In this document: piece by piece, positions 62,165 to 64,000 of the stretch
How positions within the stretch are numbered: position 1 is the stretch's first letter
How the letters are laid out: each line of letters opens with the position of its first letter
Notes under the pieces: model-generated
Told to the model about the DNA's origin: nothing
The model's database searches: none
Seen by the model: the letters and a program-made list of their open reading frames with translations, nothing else
Program-made: the position numbers and the translations under genes
DNA from: Euprymna scolopes
Taxonomy: Eukaryota
Direction: 5' to 3' (one strand)
Assembly (NCBI GenBank): GCA_053919585.1
Contig: CM132793.1
DNA length: 64,000 nt

Positions 62165-63479
62165 GTTCAAACATGTTCGACAATAGAAATCTTCTTCCGC
62201 TCTAGAAAGACACGACCATATGCCAGTCGCCCCCTCCAAAAAACGGACGCCGAACCATTATGTCAAACAGATGTAAATTATTCCAAAATTCATCCCAACT
62301 CTTAACAAATGTATTTCATCTTACCTTGTTTAAACTTGTTTTTCTTGTTTTATTTATGCATATGTATTTATTTGTCTCTGCTTTTCCTGTTTTGAGAAAC
62401 TTTAAGATGGGATTCGTCACCCCCCTTCGCGACTATATTGAAACAGGCAAAACACTCCTCACTCATGTTACATTGAAGTAAACTAGTGATAAAATACAAG
62501 AATGCCGGGAATTATTTTCTCTATTACAGTAGATGAAGTTAGGACTCTATTTAAGTAATAAACTTAATATATACTATTACTATAAGCTTGCATATCTTGA
62601 AAATGCTTGCTTCCTGACTAGCCAATCAAACCATCTAATATAGTTAGTCTTACTTTCAATTATATTCGAAATATAATACACAGTGACATTAGCAAAGAAA
62701 AAGTCACCTATGAAAACGGACCTCCCAAATAAAAACCTTGAATAATTATCTAAACTCAAATGTAAATTAATATTAAGCCGATTTCACCAATTGATAAAAG
62801 TTCATTATTGGATGTTAATTAAACGGTGAAGCTCGAATGATTCACACTCGAGATAGATGACGCCAAAAAATCCACCAATTAATATAGGAGGAGATATTCT
62901 CATCTAAAGCGTCCTAAATTGATAATTGACCACCGGACATTACTAAGTAGACATAAATAAGTCCCTTGTACCCATCCCCACGTTTTTTTAATGGAGAGTA
63001 GATAATAAAGTGGATGTGTTATCGGCAGCTCTAGTAACTCTCGCCTCTCCTTTTTTGTCCCTCATACCTTATTCCAATGAGTGATTTTTCTGACAAAGGG
63101 TGAAGAAAAAGCTGCTTTAAATGTCGGTGGTACTTGGTTAACAGTAGTCTGAGATATCGAAAATTGTTCTGTCTCTATGTCTATCTTTGTGGCCATGTCA
63201 CTAGTAAATGTGCTGGAGGTAAACGTTTCGTCTGGGCTGACGTTATTCGCCTGATCGTCATTGGATTAACCACTAACGAGGCTGTCCTATCAACAAATGC
63301 AAAGTACTGGGCCTGCTGGATTGAAATTTGGTGAATGGATTCTGGACCATTGAGAAGTATCCGGTGGAGCCACTCGATTCCATACTAGTGGGCAATAGTT
63401 ACGGCTTTACCTTTTTATGTGCTACAAAAAATCATGTCTTTTTCTCTCTTACTTTCTCTCTCTATCCTCTCCACCCAAG

Positions 63480-64000
63480 TATGCGGACCTGTTCTTCACA
63501 TCCGAAAACTTCAACATGAAATATCTCCAGAGAAAAAAAGTTAAATAAACCTAGAACCGCATCTTGCAACGTAGACTCATACTACCATGTCTCCTTCTCC
63601 AACATCGAGGGTCTACGTTCCAACCTTCCAGAAGTTGAAACCAAATTACCGAAGACGAAACCGGACATATTCTTTCAAAGCGAAACTTGAATAGGGACAA
63701 TCACTTCCCTAGATGAGTTCATAATTAACGGATACTCTAACTTAACAGCTAAATCTGGACCACAAGATCGTCATGGGCATGAAATATGTGCCTACATTAA
63801 AGATGGCTTCCCGTGTAGCAGGGATATCTCTAGAGAAGATCATAATTTACTCGATATGTGATTTCGGGTTGTACTTGCTTACACCACTGCATTTATATTC
63901 CCCCTCTATAGGCCCCATAACAGCGGAGTTACTATCTTTAAGAGTATATCTGAGAAAATAGACCAGATCCTGTCTGGACATCCCTCGGCTAACATCCACC
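63480..64000 (+). mobile_element. 5' part of a CR1/Jockey-type LINE (APE domain start), running off the window
   Basis: SFSNIEGLRSNLPEVE (~63590), KPDIFFQSET, ICAYIKDGFPCSRD and LYRP: APE domain I-IV motifs with stops and frameshifts. Confidence 0.8.

Overview
AT-rich eukaryotic (invertebrate metazoan-like) draft-assembly window with nine N gaps and many (TA)n, (TG)n and (AAT)n microsatellites. It is almost entirely a graveyard of nested transposable elements, and most short ORFs in the track are noise. The only long intact CDS is a 618-aa Buster/Charlie-type hAT transposase (9237-11093). It lies in a complete element (6646-11280; perfect 16-bp TIRs, 8-bp TSD GTCTACAT) that is inserted in the gag of a decayed Mag-type Gypsy element (5373-14901; TSD CTATG). 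Other elements: a decayed irritans-like mariner, a Tc3-like IR/DR element, a second, internally deleted Gypsy, three CR1/Jockey-type LINE pieces, an RTE 5' fragment, a near full-length decayed R4/Dong LINE bounded by (ATT)n, Helentron/DINE-like non-autonomous elements with central tandem repeats, and a foldback MITE. Four things stand out. (i) A Naiad-type Penelope retroelement (46.9-50.0 kb) has pseudo-LTRs carrying two hammerhead ribozyme copies with complementary lesions, and the first Cys of its conserved CNCR linker motif is encoded by TGA (possible selenocysteine, with only a weak SECIS candidate). (ii) A 5S-rRNA-headed SINE has a bipartite RTE-derived body and tail (54.1-54.3 kb). (iii) A tandemly duplicated, GC-rich, hairpin-dense ~400-bp unit shows a compensatory base change (41.5-42.3 kb). 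(iv) A probable host first coding exon resembles a mitochondrial presequence (2631-2749). Family assignments come from motif recognition by eye; no searches were run.
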